From Octopus sinensis (Eukaryota), in NCBI RefSeq assembly GCF_006345805.1, contig NC_042997.1, positions 113,088,001 through 113,152,000 of the forward strand: DNA of 64,000 nucleotides, read 5' to 3'. Position numbers and translations under genes: made by a program. Shown here one piece after another: positions 50,547 to 63,202 of this stretch (positions are counted from its first letter, which is position 1; every line of letters begins with the position of its first letter). A model generated the notes under the pieces. The model was not told where the DNA came from, made no database searches, and worked only from the letters and a program-made list of their open reading frames with translations.

Positions 50547-50579
<33 letters not shown>

Positions 50580-51274
50580 GCAAAACATATAAACACGTGT
50601 CCCTTCCACCCCAACACACATACAAACGCATAGAACCAACTAACCTAAGGTTACTGATATTTTTTTCTCTGGTTGCAGTAACTAATTGACACTGCTTTCA
50701 TCAAACAAATCAATGCCATGATGCACATGCAGGGTTGTATGCATCACCAGTACATAGGTGTACACATACATGGGTATCTGTAAGTGATCCTATATTGCTT
50801 ATAGAATTTTTTTTGTGTGGTGGCGTGGAAGTGGAGATGATGTGGTCGTTGCATTTATCGGTATTTTTTATCAAGTGATGGTTCTCGTTTACTTAATTAG
50901 CGTAGACTCACGTGCAATTTGATGGGGACGAAAGGACTAACGAAACTTGATTAATTGATTGAGCAAACAATTAATCAATCTATCAGTTAATTGGTTAAAT
51001 AGTTGACTGAATTTCGTTGCCTTCACAGTGTTTATTTACTACCCACAAAGGGCTTAAACACAGAAGGGACAAACAAGGACAGACAAACGGATTAAGTCGA
51101 TTATATCGACTCTAGTGCGTAACTGGTACTTATTTAATCGACCCCGAAAGGATGAAAGGCAAAGTCGACCTCGGCGGAATTTGAACTCAGAACGTAACGA
51201 CAGACGAAATATGGCTACGCGTTTCTCCCTGCGTGCTAACGATTCTGCCAGCTCGGCGCTGGGAAACATTTCTA

Positions 51275-51480
51275 ATGGCAATTGAGACACGCCAGCACGC
51301 TTACAGCGTTGCCGTGGGTGATGGCGAGGCTGATGCGTTGGAACAGCCAAGCGCCCCCACGAGCCCCACCTGTTACCTCTGCAGTGAAGACAGGAACCTC
51401 GCAGTTAGTGGTTCGACTCCACCAAACGTCTTGAATGTCACAGGATGGAAAATGTAGTTGACCGACAGAGAAAATATGTT
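51275..51480 (-). mobile_element. CRE-like (REL-endonuclease) non-LTR 3' fragment
   Basis: SLSVNYIFHPVTFKTFGG..ARFL / AEVTGGARGGAWLFQRISLAITHGNAVSVL, resembling the QRxSxAxQRGNA C-terminal motif. Confidence 0.7.
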
Positions 51481-51599
51481 GAATGTTCGTAATTGCAAGT
51501 AACTCAACTCATTTCCTGGCCTCCCTCATTGAGTAGCGGTATCGCCCTTTTTATGGTTGCACAAGACTTCCTTTGAGAGTTCTATATTTCAGGATACCA

Positions 51600-52760
51600 A
51601 AATCAGCAACCCAACACAACTATCTCACTCCTTCTTGAAACGTTTTGGGTTTTTACATCCTGCTGCAATTCTTGCAGTTGAGGTCTTGATGAAATTTTCA
51701 TGTTCAATTTTTGGCGGCTAGCATTGTCAGTAATGGGTTGATCCACTTCTATAACTCCGGTGTTGGTGTCACACCTAGCCTGGGGACTTGATATGGTCAC
51801 ACCGTCACTGTTAGACATCCTTGCAGGCTCAGCATGAACCATTGTGCCAAGTGTTGTGCTCAATTCTGGTTCTGGTTCTTGTGTGTTTAGCGGGACCGGT
51901 TGCTCAACTGTCACTAACTGCAATGAGTGACCCTCCTTCTTAATCCATGCAGTATTCTTTCTGGCATGTTTCATATATTTTGCCTTGGATGCAACCTTGT
52001 CGAACATGGTTTTGTGTATTACATACTCACCTATTTTAAAGAATGGTTTGCAGCAACCCTCAGTGGTCTTTTCATTAACTTTCTGGCCGGTGATAATTTA
52101 CAACCACCCAAGGGACTCTGATGGTTGAACAAAATTTTGTTCAAGTAGTTGCCGAAATTTCTTGTCTTCAGGTCAAAATGCTTCAATGCAGCTTTCACAG
52201 TTTGTATGGCCCTTTCAGCAGCGCCATTAGATGCCGGACTGTAAGAAAGTGCCTCAATTTTTCTGCAACCCATTGATGACAACATATTCCCTAACACAAG
52301 AAATTCAGGCCCGTTATCTGATACTAAATCTGTGGGCACACCAAAACGAGCGAAGACCTCAAGCAGCTTGCTTTTTACTGTCTCAGCCGAGCGATTAGGA
52401 CACAAGAATGCTTCAATCCATGTTGAACAGGCATCTACAATTACAAGTATGTTACTGATGTTTGGAACATATGCCCAACCCATATGCACATGTTTCCAGG
52501 GCCCAGAAATAGGCCATGAATTATTTGCCTTTACTAAATCTGGCCTAGCTCTCTGGCAACTATTGCAAGATTTAACAAACTTCTCCACCAAGTAAGCCAA
52601 CCCAGGCCACCAAACACAGAATCGTTAATTCTTAATTGTTTGTTGAATGTCCATGTGTGTGTGTTGTAGTTTAGCTAATACTTTGGCTCCATAAGGTGCT
52701 AGAATAAATGGACAATGTTTATGATATATTAAGCCATTTTTGCATGTTAAAAAATCTTTC
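51600..52760 (-). mobile_element. Ty3/Gypsy integrase remnant
   Basis: H..WWPGLAYLVEKFVKSCNSCQ zinc-binding region; PWKHVH; LVIVDACSTWIEA; FARFGVPTDLVSDNGPEF; YSPASNGAAERAIQTVK. Confidence 0.9.
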
Positions 52761-52909
52761 TCTTTAACAAATGCATGTTCCAGATTTGAGACCGATCTCC
52801 AATTTTGCTGTAAAATTCTTTCCTTTATTTTGTTATATAATGCATCAGCATCTAATTGTTTTCAGATGTCTTCTATCATTATGTGATCGATGTCCTGCTG
52901 CTCACTTTA

Positions 52910-53562
52910 CAGTGATCCCTCGCTATTTTGCGGTTCAGCTATCGTGGATTCACGACTTGGCGGATTTTTAAAATATCCATTAAAATATTAATAATAAATA
53001 TTATTTCCTAGCCTAGGAACAACAAAGCAAGCGTAAAATAGCAAAACAGCATATACAGGGGTATTTGAACTTAAGACGGGCTTTGATTGGTGCAATGGAG
53101 AGAGACGGCAAATCACAGCTTTCTATTTTGTAATCTGGCCTGTGATTGCCTGTGATTGCTCTGACTGATGCTCAGATCCGCAGCGTCTTCACTTATCTCT
53201 CTCTCGCGGCCATTTCGCTTCAAGCTTTCCCAACGAGTGGTTTACTGTAGTGCTGTTGTGTGATTTTTTTTGTTTCTTTGCGTTAAACTTTGCGTTTTCA
53301 TCCCCTGCAATGGTTCCCAAGGTTCGTGTTGAGTACAGTAACAATCTTTATTTTTCTAAAATCTAAAGTGTTATTGCTTAACAGTTATCCTTGTTATTAA
53401 TAGACTACTGTAATGGGTGGGTTGTTAACAGTACAGGGAAGGTTTTGAAAGTCCAAATACACGTTAAATAAATACTGTAAATATGGTGTCCCTACTTCGC
53501 AGAAATTCAGTTATCGCAGCCGGCCTCAGAACCAATCTACCGCGATAAATGAGGGATCACTG
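52910..53562 (+). mobile_element. Tigger/pogo-type non-autonomous element
   Basis: TIRs CAGTGATCCCTC..T(A/T)TCGCGG-like, with TA at 52908-52909 and 53563-53564. Confidence 0.9.
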
Positions 53563-54299
53563 TACTCTTATTTGTTTCAACTTCCCCACTACCCTGAAAT
53601 AATAATGACAATGATGATGACGCCGCCGCTGCCGATATCAAATTTTTTCACAAAGCCAGCAATTCTAGAGGAAGGGTAAGTTGATTACATTGACCTCAGT
53701 ATTCAACTGGTACTTACTTTATCGACTCCGAAAGTATGAAAGACAAAGTCGACCTTGGCGGAATTTAAACTCAGAATGTAAAGGCAAACAGGTAAACTGC
53801 TGCTAAACATTTTGCCCGGCATGCTAATGATTCTACTGGTTTGCCACCTTAGGATTAATAATAATAATAATAAAAGAAGTGAAATAGAACCAGTGCAAGT
53901 GTTACTTATTGGCATAATGACCCCCCCCCCAAAGAACAACAAAATATGTTTCAACTCATGATGTCACATCAAAAATCCTGCAAACCAAATACAAGTACAA
54001 GATTTCTTACAACAGTCTTACAAAGCTACATGTTTAGTTGATGGAATAAATTCCAGACGCATTAGTGGAAATTATTTTATCAAATTCAGAGGAACAAAAG
54101 GGCCAACTCAAAGACATATTTGAATTTATTGAGTAAAAGCATGAAGTTAAAAAGGAGCAAAGTATTTCTTACATCATTCAAATATAGTGATTCCGTCATT
54201 ATCCATCTTCTCGACTCTTTTATTTATTTCAACTTACCCACTACTCCGAAGTTGCTGGCCTTGTGACAGAATTCAAAACCAATATGTCAGAAGATAAAG

Positions 54300-54530
54300 A
54301 CTATTTGCCAACATAATGTAGCAGTCCTGGATGGGACGAATGCTACAGTTGTTTAGCCCCAGGAAACATCGTTTCCAGCTGGCTATATGACATAATATCT
54401 GTGTCCTTATATTTTCGAACAGGGGAGCCCAGATATTGTGTCGTATAGCCAGCTGAAATGACGTTTCCTGGGACTAAATAACAGTAAACTTCGTCCCATC
54501 CAGGACTGCCACATTATGTTGGCAAATAGT
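54300..54530. repeat. Inverted repeat with ~100-bp arms and ~30-nt loop
   Basis: 54300-54400 is the reverse complement of 54431-54530. The right arm and its continuation also occur singly at about 14520-14640 and 36490-36620. Confidence 0.9.
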
Positions 54531-54993
54531 ATTTACTTTAAAGAACTGTTACTGAATATCTCTCTTTGAGAGATCTAGAAATAATAATGCCGGAAGATGT
54601 TCTAATGATTCTACCAGCTCGCTACCTTGGTTTCAAATTATGGCACAAAGCAAGCAATTAGAGGAGAAGGTGTAAGTTGAAACTTTTTTTTATCGACACC
54701 AAAAAAAAAAAAAAATGAAGGGCAATGTTGACCTCAGCAAGATTTGAAACCATGGCATAACGTGCTGGAACAAAAGCCACAAGGCATTTTACCTAATGCT
54801 TTATCTATTCTGCTAATCTCCTGTCTCTACCATTTCTGTAATAAAAAATAATAATGACGATAATGGACACATGAAAGTCAAGGCAAGATGAAAGAACAAA
54901 GAGAATAAAAGAGTAGATTGAGCATTTATTTATTTATGGGAGACACAATGTTTAGTAATGGACTCTTCCAGCTGTATTTCAACTACATATAGA

Positions 54994-55103
54994 TTATTCC
55001 TCAATAATTATAGTCGTTGAATTGGTTACCAAGGTATCATCATACTCTAAAGACAGTTTCATGTATTGATCAAAGAATTCGTCCTGATTCACATAACCAT
55101 CTC
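54994..55103 (-). CDS. Probable terminal coding exon of an EF-hand calcium-binding protein
   Basis: Acceptor tttatcttcttttttcag; phase-1 frame (G)DGYVNQDEFFDQYMKLSLEYDDTLVTNSTTIIIEE* fits EF-hand loop positions 4-12 plus the exiting helix; AATAAA twice at 54925-54934 on the minus strand. Confidence 0.7.
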
Positions 55104-55500
55104 CTGAAAAAGAAGATAAAAGATTAAAAAAATATATGAAAGAAATGGTAAGGAAATGGTACGCAATGTTTGGAGATTTTCTTTTGTTTGATATTTTGTA
55201 TCCGTTGTGGAAATGAAACTGAAGAGAATGGGTTTCATTGTGAGTTGTAAAGAGACTTGAAACGGTTAGCTTAAAGGAACCAAAAAAAAAAAAAACCAAC
55301 CAGAAGTCATTTCATTCAGGCAAAATAACGACATATCAAACTTTATTCCACTAGTGAACACTAATTATCGATCACAGCTCTATTGAAAAGCTGCACAAAT
55401 TATTCAACTCCAAGAACTGAAGATCTCTGGAAGAACTTTTTGCACTTCACTTATGAATTTCCTTTGTCTATTAACCAACGATTTAAACTCATTCAACGTC

Positions 55501-55717
55501 AATTGTTTTGGCTTCTGTGGATTTTTTTTGGTGGGGTGGGGGAAGCATTATTCACCTCCCTCATGGGTCCTCTCGAGGGGCCTTTCTAGCCAGGTTATAT
55601 CTGTAGGATATTGTTTTGGCTTCTGTTGGTTTTTCTTGGTGGGGTGGGGGAAGCGTTATTCACCTCCCTCATGGGTCCTCTTGAGGGGCCTTTCTAGCCA
55701 GGTTATATCTATAGGAG
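55501..55717. repeat. Tandem duplication of a ~110-bp unit
   Basis: 55501-55607 and 55611-55717 differ at only a few positions. Confidence 0.9.
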
Positions 55718-58534
55718 CCCTACCTGCCTAACCTCAGTCCAGGACCTAACACCAAATTCTCTCAACTCACATGGCCACCATGTCTGTCTCAAGTGCCAGC
55801 TCCAAAGCAAAAGATGTCCTTGCTAGTTGTCCTTCCACTCATATGACCTCTTTCGCTCCTTTTTTGTTTTTGTTGAAACAAATTCCTTCAATAGATCTCC
55901 TTCCAGCAAGGTTCCCTAGCTGTTTGTGTGATGTCACTGACCCCATACTTTCAGTCCACCTCAGTCCCTCAACTTCATCCAGTTAAACTTTGTAATCCAG
56001 TCTTAGGAAACTCATGGACTCAATAAGTAATACTCTGAGTTTTATGTTAATTTTAAAAGTGTGTAATTCATGAAGTTAGTTGAATGCAAGTATGTGTCGT
56101 ATACCTATACAAGTGCACTTTCTCCATTGTGTTTCTTCATAGCTTTCAGGAAAAAGAAATTTTTTGTCACGAAATTTTCTACAAATATTTTTCAGATGGT
56201 GTAGATTACGATTATACCGGAATTTAATGTAAATCTTATATTATAAAAGAGAAGTAGATTTCTGTCTGTCTGTCTGTTACAGCTTCTATTATAGGGAAGG
56301 AAAGAAGGGGAGGGATGAAAATATACGTCATAATGTATTTTTGAAGATGGGGAGTAAAAGTTGTTGAGAAAGAAATACAGTGACAGAGGGTGTGCGATGG
56401 ATAGATAGATAGATAGATAGTGTTGTCATCATAGTAATTAATACGTTTTCATTAACAACACGGGAATTTTAAGTGCAAGTTTGTCATCACAGCGTAACTG
56501 ACTTCAAAGAAAAAGATTATATATATATATATATATATAATAGGCGCAGGAGTGGCTGTGTGGTAAGTAGCTTACTTACCAACCACATGGTTCCGGGTTC
56601 AGTCCCACTGCGTGGCACTTTGGACAAGTGTCTTCAACTATAGCCTCAGGCCGACCAAAGCCTTGTGAGTGGATTTGGTAGACAGAAACTTAAAGAAGCC
56701 CGTCGTATATATGTATATATATGGTTGTTTGTGTAGACAAAGCAACACACTTCAAAAAGGACTTCCACTTTGAGTACAAGTGAAGGAGAAAGAGTGGATG
56801 TTGAGAGAAAAATAGTATGTGAGAGAGAAAGAGAGTGGAGGCAGAATGTGTGTGTTTGTGTGAAAGATAGGTAGTGTTGTCACCGAAGTAACTAACAAGT
56901 TTTGTTTATATACGTATATATATAAATAATATATTTAGTTATTTGGGGGCGAGGTTTGTGTGTGTGTATTTTCTGTTCCCCTCAACATATAGACAACGCA
57001 ACACAGACTTTAACTTAAGACTTTCACCTTGAACAATTTATCAAGATACATATCTTGATAACAAATTTAACAAATATTTTTACCAGCAGTGGAGTGACGG
57101 AAAACAACCAAGTAATAATAATGAAAACTGTAAATGCACACACATACATACAAACACATGACATAACGATATATATGTAGCAAATGAATAATAGAAGAAT
57201 AATATTTGTTAATTGAAATGCCTCTTTATATTCATTGTTACAGTATACGATACAATTTCTTTGGAAAAAATTGTGATGTGTATTAGAATGTATGTGCGCG
57301 CGCCCACCATTCTTTTTTTTTTTTTTTTTTTCGCGCTAAGGTCCGATATAATCTTTACCAGCCAGGCAAAGTCTTCACTACATTTGCGGTACCTGTCAGA
57401 GGGAGTGTTTGTCCAGATGTATTAGGACATGAAATGTAAAAGCCGGACTGGATTATTTTATGCGCTACTTCATTGTCTCCCGGGACAAAAAGGATGCCAA
57501 CAACACTATCTGAATGTTATTTGTACAAAGTTTCATTCAAAATATCTATTTTTCTAAAATGTATAAAGAAAGAAAAAGTTACAATTTTGGTTAGGAAAAA
57601 AGTCACAGCTAATTTATGGCGGCCGGTTATAAAGTCACAATTAATTTATGAGATCCGGACAAAACCCCTGTGACTTTATTACCGTGACTTTTTTTTTCAC
57701 TTGGATTCTCATAATCTATACCATCTGAAAGGCACTCGTAGAAAATTTCATAAAAAAAAACCCCATCTTTTTTTCCTTCTGAGTTATGATAAATCAAAGT
57801 CGGTAGAGGTGGATGGTGCACTCTTGCCTATGAGATTAAGACAAAATACAACTAGTACCGTTCCACCTTTATTGTCATTCCATACTGTCTTGTCAATTTT
57901 CTTACTTTCAATTTTTAACCCTTAACTTGCACGCTTACCCGCAGTATTATGCGTTTAGTTTAGCAAACAGTTCCCCCTTTAAATAAGTTGCTTATCAAAT
58001 TCTGTTAGACAGAATCGTTAAAGCTAGTTATATATAATTAACCTTAACTTTCTCAGAGATTAACCGCAACAGCTTATCTGCTAAATTGGTTTAGTAATTT
58101 CTTAACTAACCTAAGTCACACACTTAAAACGTGTGAACAGACAGAAGTTTCTTCTTTTTTTTCTCTCTCTTTACTTTAGACTTAGTTACAAGTAACCGTA
58201 GCAGTTAGCAAGATCTATATTCATCTGAGACGAACTGTAAACATGGACGTTTATTATTTTTAGTTAAGACGGAAGTATCTCGGGTTTCGTACTGAGAAAT
58301 CTTGTTTACTGTTAACCGAAAACTGTACAATTGAAACGTGATTCCAATTGTTCCAGTAAATATCTCCTGTTTCACCCAATGTTGGCATAACTACCAATAT
58401 TTCAGCTTTACTTCTACGACTTGTTGAAAGCTGTTTTATTCAATCAGTCTGCTTAAATCTGCGTAAATGTAACACCATTGAAGTTACTATACTGCGGGTT
58501 AAGTATCATAAATCTTTTCATTCGGAATGTATCC

Positions 58535-58645
<111 letters not shown>

Positions 58646-59115
58646 ATCTTTCATTTATACTTTATCACGCACTGAAAACACGAGAAAATAATAATTCCAT
58701 TTAACAGACTTATTATTTATGGCATAAAGGAGAATCTACTCAGCCACCTCTTAACAATCAGAAGCCATTTCAAAACTTTCGAAGTTCTCGTCGCTGGATT
58801 TACAATTTCCTGTAATGGAAGTCTGGATAGTGACTTTGAAATCCATCAAAGAAGCCAAATTCTAAGTGACTTTTCAGATATATTGCTTCAGTATATTAAT
58901 GTTCAAAATCTTAATTTAAACTTTATCGTTGCTATTAAACACGTCTGTTGTGATAAATCTATAGATAATATATTTCTGACGATATTAATATATAATGGTT
59001 TCAAAATTTGGCGCAAGACCAGGGTTTTCGGAGGACGGGGTTAATTCGTATTTATTTTATCGACCTCGAAGGAATTTGAACTGAGAACGTAAAGACGAAT
59101 GAAATGCCTTGAAGT

Positions 59116-60340
59116 CAGGGCCGGAATAAGACCCATCGAAGCCCTAAGCACTTAAATGGTTTTGATAACCCCATAAAAGATTATGTAATTCAAAATATAA
59201 ACAATAAGAAACCATAAAGTGGATTTCTATTCTTCAAAACGAAACAAAACACACAGTAAGAGGGAAAATAATGTTTGTTTTTGTATGCTTCCACTTTATT
59301 TATATTTGAAAAGTTTCCGCCAACTTTTTGGGTACGACTTAAATATAGATGTCCCATAACAATATTAAAGAGAGGTAATCTGGTTTTACCAAAACTACTG
59401 TGACTTCACATAAGCGGCCCTTGTGTAACTCGAAATGGATATTTGAATTAACAAGTCTTACTAACGATCCGCAGAAGTTGATACATGTTTTGCAAAGTCA
59501 CAGAATATTACGCACAAGCGATTTTGGATCTTTTCGGTTTGAACGGCAGTTTTTTTCTAGCGGTGTCATATGAAATTGTCACCCATAATTATGACCCTAG
59601 TATCGATCTATTGCATTTCAATCTGTTTTAGGGTTAGGGTTAGGAGGTGGGGGGAAGGATATATTTTTTCTTCACAAATGTAAATAAACCCAATCTGTTT
59701 CTTAAACGAGGGACATATTCATACGGCACAGAATGTTTTTCACCTCAATAGACGTCACTGATTGGTTGAAATTGCAGAAAAAAACAACAACAAATATCTT
59801 ACAAACTATAGAATTTTCTCGATAAAGCCAAGAGAAAAAGATGTTTTATAAACACATTCTACCAGTATACGAAGTTTCAAAGTGTTTAGTTACCTAGAAA
59901 TCATGTTAAAAACTGCCGTTCAAACCGAAAAGATCCGAGATTTTAGATGTACAGTATGTGCACGACTAATAACACTAATTGCTGATTCAAGCACAAGTGA
60001 TGGGCTAAAGTATGGTTGTCCAAGTGATAAAGGACAGACAGAAACATTAAGTTTTAGTAAAACTAGATTACCTCCCCTTGATATCGTTATGGGACACGTC
60101 GGGACCTCTATACTTAAGTAGTACCCTTTTTTTAATTATAGAGTCTTTGATCAGATCCTCAAAATTAATCTTAGGTAACACATATGCATCTATACTTAGT
60201 AGAGATAAAGGCATCGCGAATATTATTTTAGCAAGTTTAAAGTGATTTCTTTTGTGCCGTAAACCATTTACCATTTCTTTGGTGCCTCCTCCTTCACTTA
60301 GTGCCCTAAGCACGTGCTTATTTTGCTTAATCCAACGCTG
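59116..60340 (-). mobile_element. Non-autonomous hAT element
   Basis: Imperfect TIRs CAGGGCCGGAATAAG / CAGCGTTGGATTAAG; perfect 8-bp TSD CTTGAAGT at 59108-59115 and 60341-60348; minus-strand LLSIDAYVLPKINFEDLIKDSIIKK resembles a hAT dimerisation-domain C-terminus. Confidence 0.9.
59526..59936. mobile_element. 411-bp MITE, Merlin-like
   Basis: Perfect 29-bp TIR GGATCTTTTCGGTTTGAACGGCAGTTTTT; 8-bp TSD GCGATTTT/GAGATTTT (7/8); internal TTAGGG repeats. Confidence 0.9.
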
Positions 60341-60869
60341 CTTGAAGTATTATCTCCATGTCTGCTAATGATTCTGCCAACTTGTTGCCTCACATTAATA
60401 GGATCTTTTCCTTTTCATGGGCAGCTCAATTAAAAACACAAAAACCGTTAGATTCACTTCAACATTTAAATTTAATTTATCAAAATATTTTTGTCACTTT
60501 GAAACTGTAACCTGTTCACTGACAAAATTCCATGCTGCATCACTTCTATTTATGTTTTTGAAAAACTAAAACACTACAGGTTACAAGGAATAAGTAAATG
60601 TTTTGTGCTTTTACCTCATACTTTAATATTTTGGGGTTAAGACCTTCCTCTTCAAGAAGAGGGAATTGGGAATATGGCGTTGTGAGCTAGCTCTCCTGCC
60701 ATTTAGTGTGTATATATATATATGAAGGGAATCTTTGCCTGTGTAGGATAGCTTGGTTTTGATAGCCAATCAGCTGCTTGCAGCTTGGTTAGCACATGGT
60801 TTGGTTTTATTGCTGATGCACCAAGTGTAAGCTATGGACACATAAGAGGTGCAGCAATGTCAAAGGAAG

Positions 60870-62680
60870 GCTAACTAGGAAGATGGTTTTTGTATGTGGC
60901 AGATGCTCAGGAACAATTAACACTGAAAATGCTCTGAGACCAACTTCCGTCACTTTCCGGGGAGAAAAGCTAGAAGTAGTTGATAGTTTCCGTTACCTAG
61001 GTGACCAAGTCAGTAGCGGGGGCGGGTGCGCTGAAAGTATAACTGCTAGAGTAAGAATAGCCTGGGCAAAGTTTAGAGAGCTCTTACCCCTGCTGGTGAC
61101 AAAAGGCCTCTCGCTCAAAGTAAAAGGCAGACTGTATGATGCATGTGTACGTACAGCCATGCTACATGGTAGTGAAACTTGGGCTGTGACTGCTGAGGAT
61201 TTGCATAAGCTCGCAAGAAATGAAGCTAGTATGCTCCGATGGATGTGTAACGTCAGTGTTCATAATCGACAGAGTGTAAGTACCTGAGAGAAAAGTTGAA
61301 CCTAAGAAGCATCAGTTGTTGTGTGCAAGAGAGACGTATGCGCTGGTATGGTCATGTGATGAGAATGGCTGAAGATAGTTGTGTGCGAAAGTGCCACACC
61401 CTGGCAGTTGAGGGGACCTGTGGAAGAGGTAGACCCAGGAAAACCTGGGTCGAGGCGGTGAAGCACGACCTTCGAACTTTAGGTCTCACCAAGGAAATGA
61501 CCAGTGACCGAGACCTTTGGAGGTATGCTGTGCGTGAGAAAACCCGGCAAGACCAGTGAGAACAGTCAAAATCAAGATCAAACCAAATTGAGGTCGATCA
61601 ACATCAGGGCCCCCGTGCAGGTGACACGTAAAAGTACCATCTGTTCGTAGCCGTTTGCCAGCCCTGTCTGGCCCCCGTGTCGGTGGCACGTAAAAGCACC
61701 ATCCGTTCGTGTTCGTTGCCAGCCTGGCCTGGCCCCCGTGCTGGTGACACGTAAAAGCACCATCCGTTTGTGGCCGTTTGCCAGCCCTGTCTGGCCCCCG
61801 TGCCGGTGACACGTAAAAGCACCATCCGTTCGTGGCCGTTTGCCAGCCCTGTCTGGCCCCCATGTTGGTGACATGTAAAAGCACCATCCGTTGTGGCCGT
61901 TTGCCAGCCCCCTGTCTGGCCCCCGTGCCGGTGACACGTAAAAGCACCATCCGTTTGTGGCCGTTTGCCAGCTCTGTCTGGCCCCCGTGTTGGTGACACG
62001 TAAAAGCACCATCCGTTCGTGTCCATTGCCAGCCTGGCCTGGCCCCCGTGCTGGTGACACGTAAAAGCACCATCCGTTTGTGGCCGTTTGCCAGCCCCCT
62101 GTCTGGCCCCCGTGCCGGTGACACGTAAAAGCACCATCCGTTCGTGGCCGTTTGCCAGCTCTGTCTGGCCCCCGTGCCGGTGACACGTAAAAGCACCATC
62201 CGTTCGTGGCCGTTTGCCAGCCCTGTCTGGCCCCCATGTCGGTGACATGTAAAAGCACCATCCATTTGTGTCCGTTGCCAGCCTCGCCTGGCCCCCGTGC
62301 CGGTGACACGTAAAAGCACCATCCGTTTTGTGGCCGTTTGCCAGCTCTGTCTGGCCCCCGTGTTGGTGGCACGTAAAAGCACCATCCGTTCGTGTCCGTT
62401 GCCAGCCTCGCCTGGCCCCGTGCCGGTGACACGTAAAAGCACCATCCGTTCATAGCCGTTTGCCAGCTCTGTCTGGCACCTGTGCAGGTGGCACGTAAAA
62501 AGCACCCACTGCACTCACGGAGTGGTTGGCGTTAGGAAGGGCATCCAGCCGTAGAAACACTGCCAGATCTGACTGGGCCTGATGAAGCCTTCCAGCTTCA
62601 CAGACCCCAGTTGAACCGTCCAACCCATGCTAGCATGGAGAACGGACGCTAAATGATGATGATGATGATGATGATGATGG
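60870..62680 (+). mobile_element. 5'-truncated RTE LINE with array-expanded 3' UTR
   Basis: LEVVDSFRYLGD..KGRLYDACVRTAMLHGSETW..MLRWMC / RRMRWYGHVMRM..GRGRPRKTW; one stop and a frameshift; tandem array, conserved tail and (GAT)n. Confidence 0.95.
61636..62502 (+). repeat. 14-unit, ~62-bp GC-rich tandem array
   Basis: Unit GCACCATCCGTTCGTGGCCGTTTGCCAGCCCTGTCTGGCCCCCGTGCCGGTGACACGTAAAA; no unique spacers. Confidence 0.95.
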
Positions 62681-63202
62681 TTTATTTTATTCTCAGGTTC
62701 CCAATGTCATCGTCATCGTCATCATCATTTAATGTCTCTTCTCCATTCTGGCACAGGTTGGATGGTTTGGCAGAAACTGGCCAGCTGGAGAGCTGCTTGG
62801 GCACCATTTTGTATGATTTGGCTGGGTTTCTCTGGATGGATGTCCTTCCTAATGCCAACCACTTTACAGAGTGTACTGGGTGCTCTTAATGTGACACCAG
62901 CTTAGGTGCTTTTACATGGCATTAACACAGGTGCTTTTGCATGGCCAGCACAGGTGTTTTTATGTGGAATTGTCACAAATGTTTTTATGTGGCACCAACA
63001 TGTTTACATGACACCAGCACGGGTACTGCTTATGTGACACCAGCACAGGCACTCTTATGCAGTGCTGGCACAGGCACTTTTACATAGTACTACCAGCATG
63101 GGTGTTTTTACCTGATGCCAGCACCCATGAGCCTGCAGTACCAGGATCTCTCAGCCGAGAGAGAGGGACTTAGAGGATATACCTGTATTTATGGATGACC
63201 AC

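Noticed and set aside
58676-59044. 122-codon stop-free plus-strand frame without ATG
   Set aside because: The 3' end runs into a SINE remnant and the peptide is unrecognisable; it could be chance in 64 kb x 6 frames.
59628-59658. Telomeric repeats as a sign of a chromosome end or fusion
   Set aside because: Only 2-3 units, and they lie inside a dispersed MITE.
61486-62514. 342-, 291- and 214-aa minus-strand ORFs
   Set aside because: They are antisense readings of the GC-rich 62-bp tandem array.
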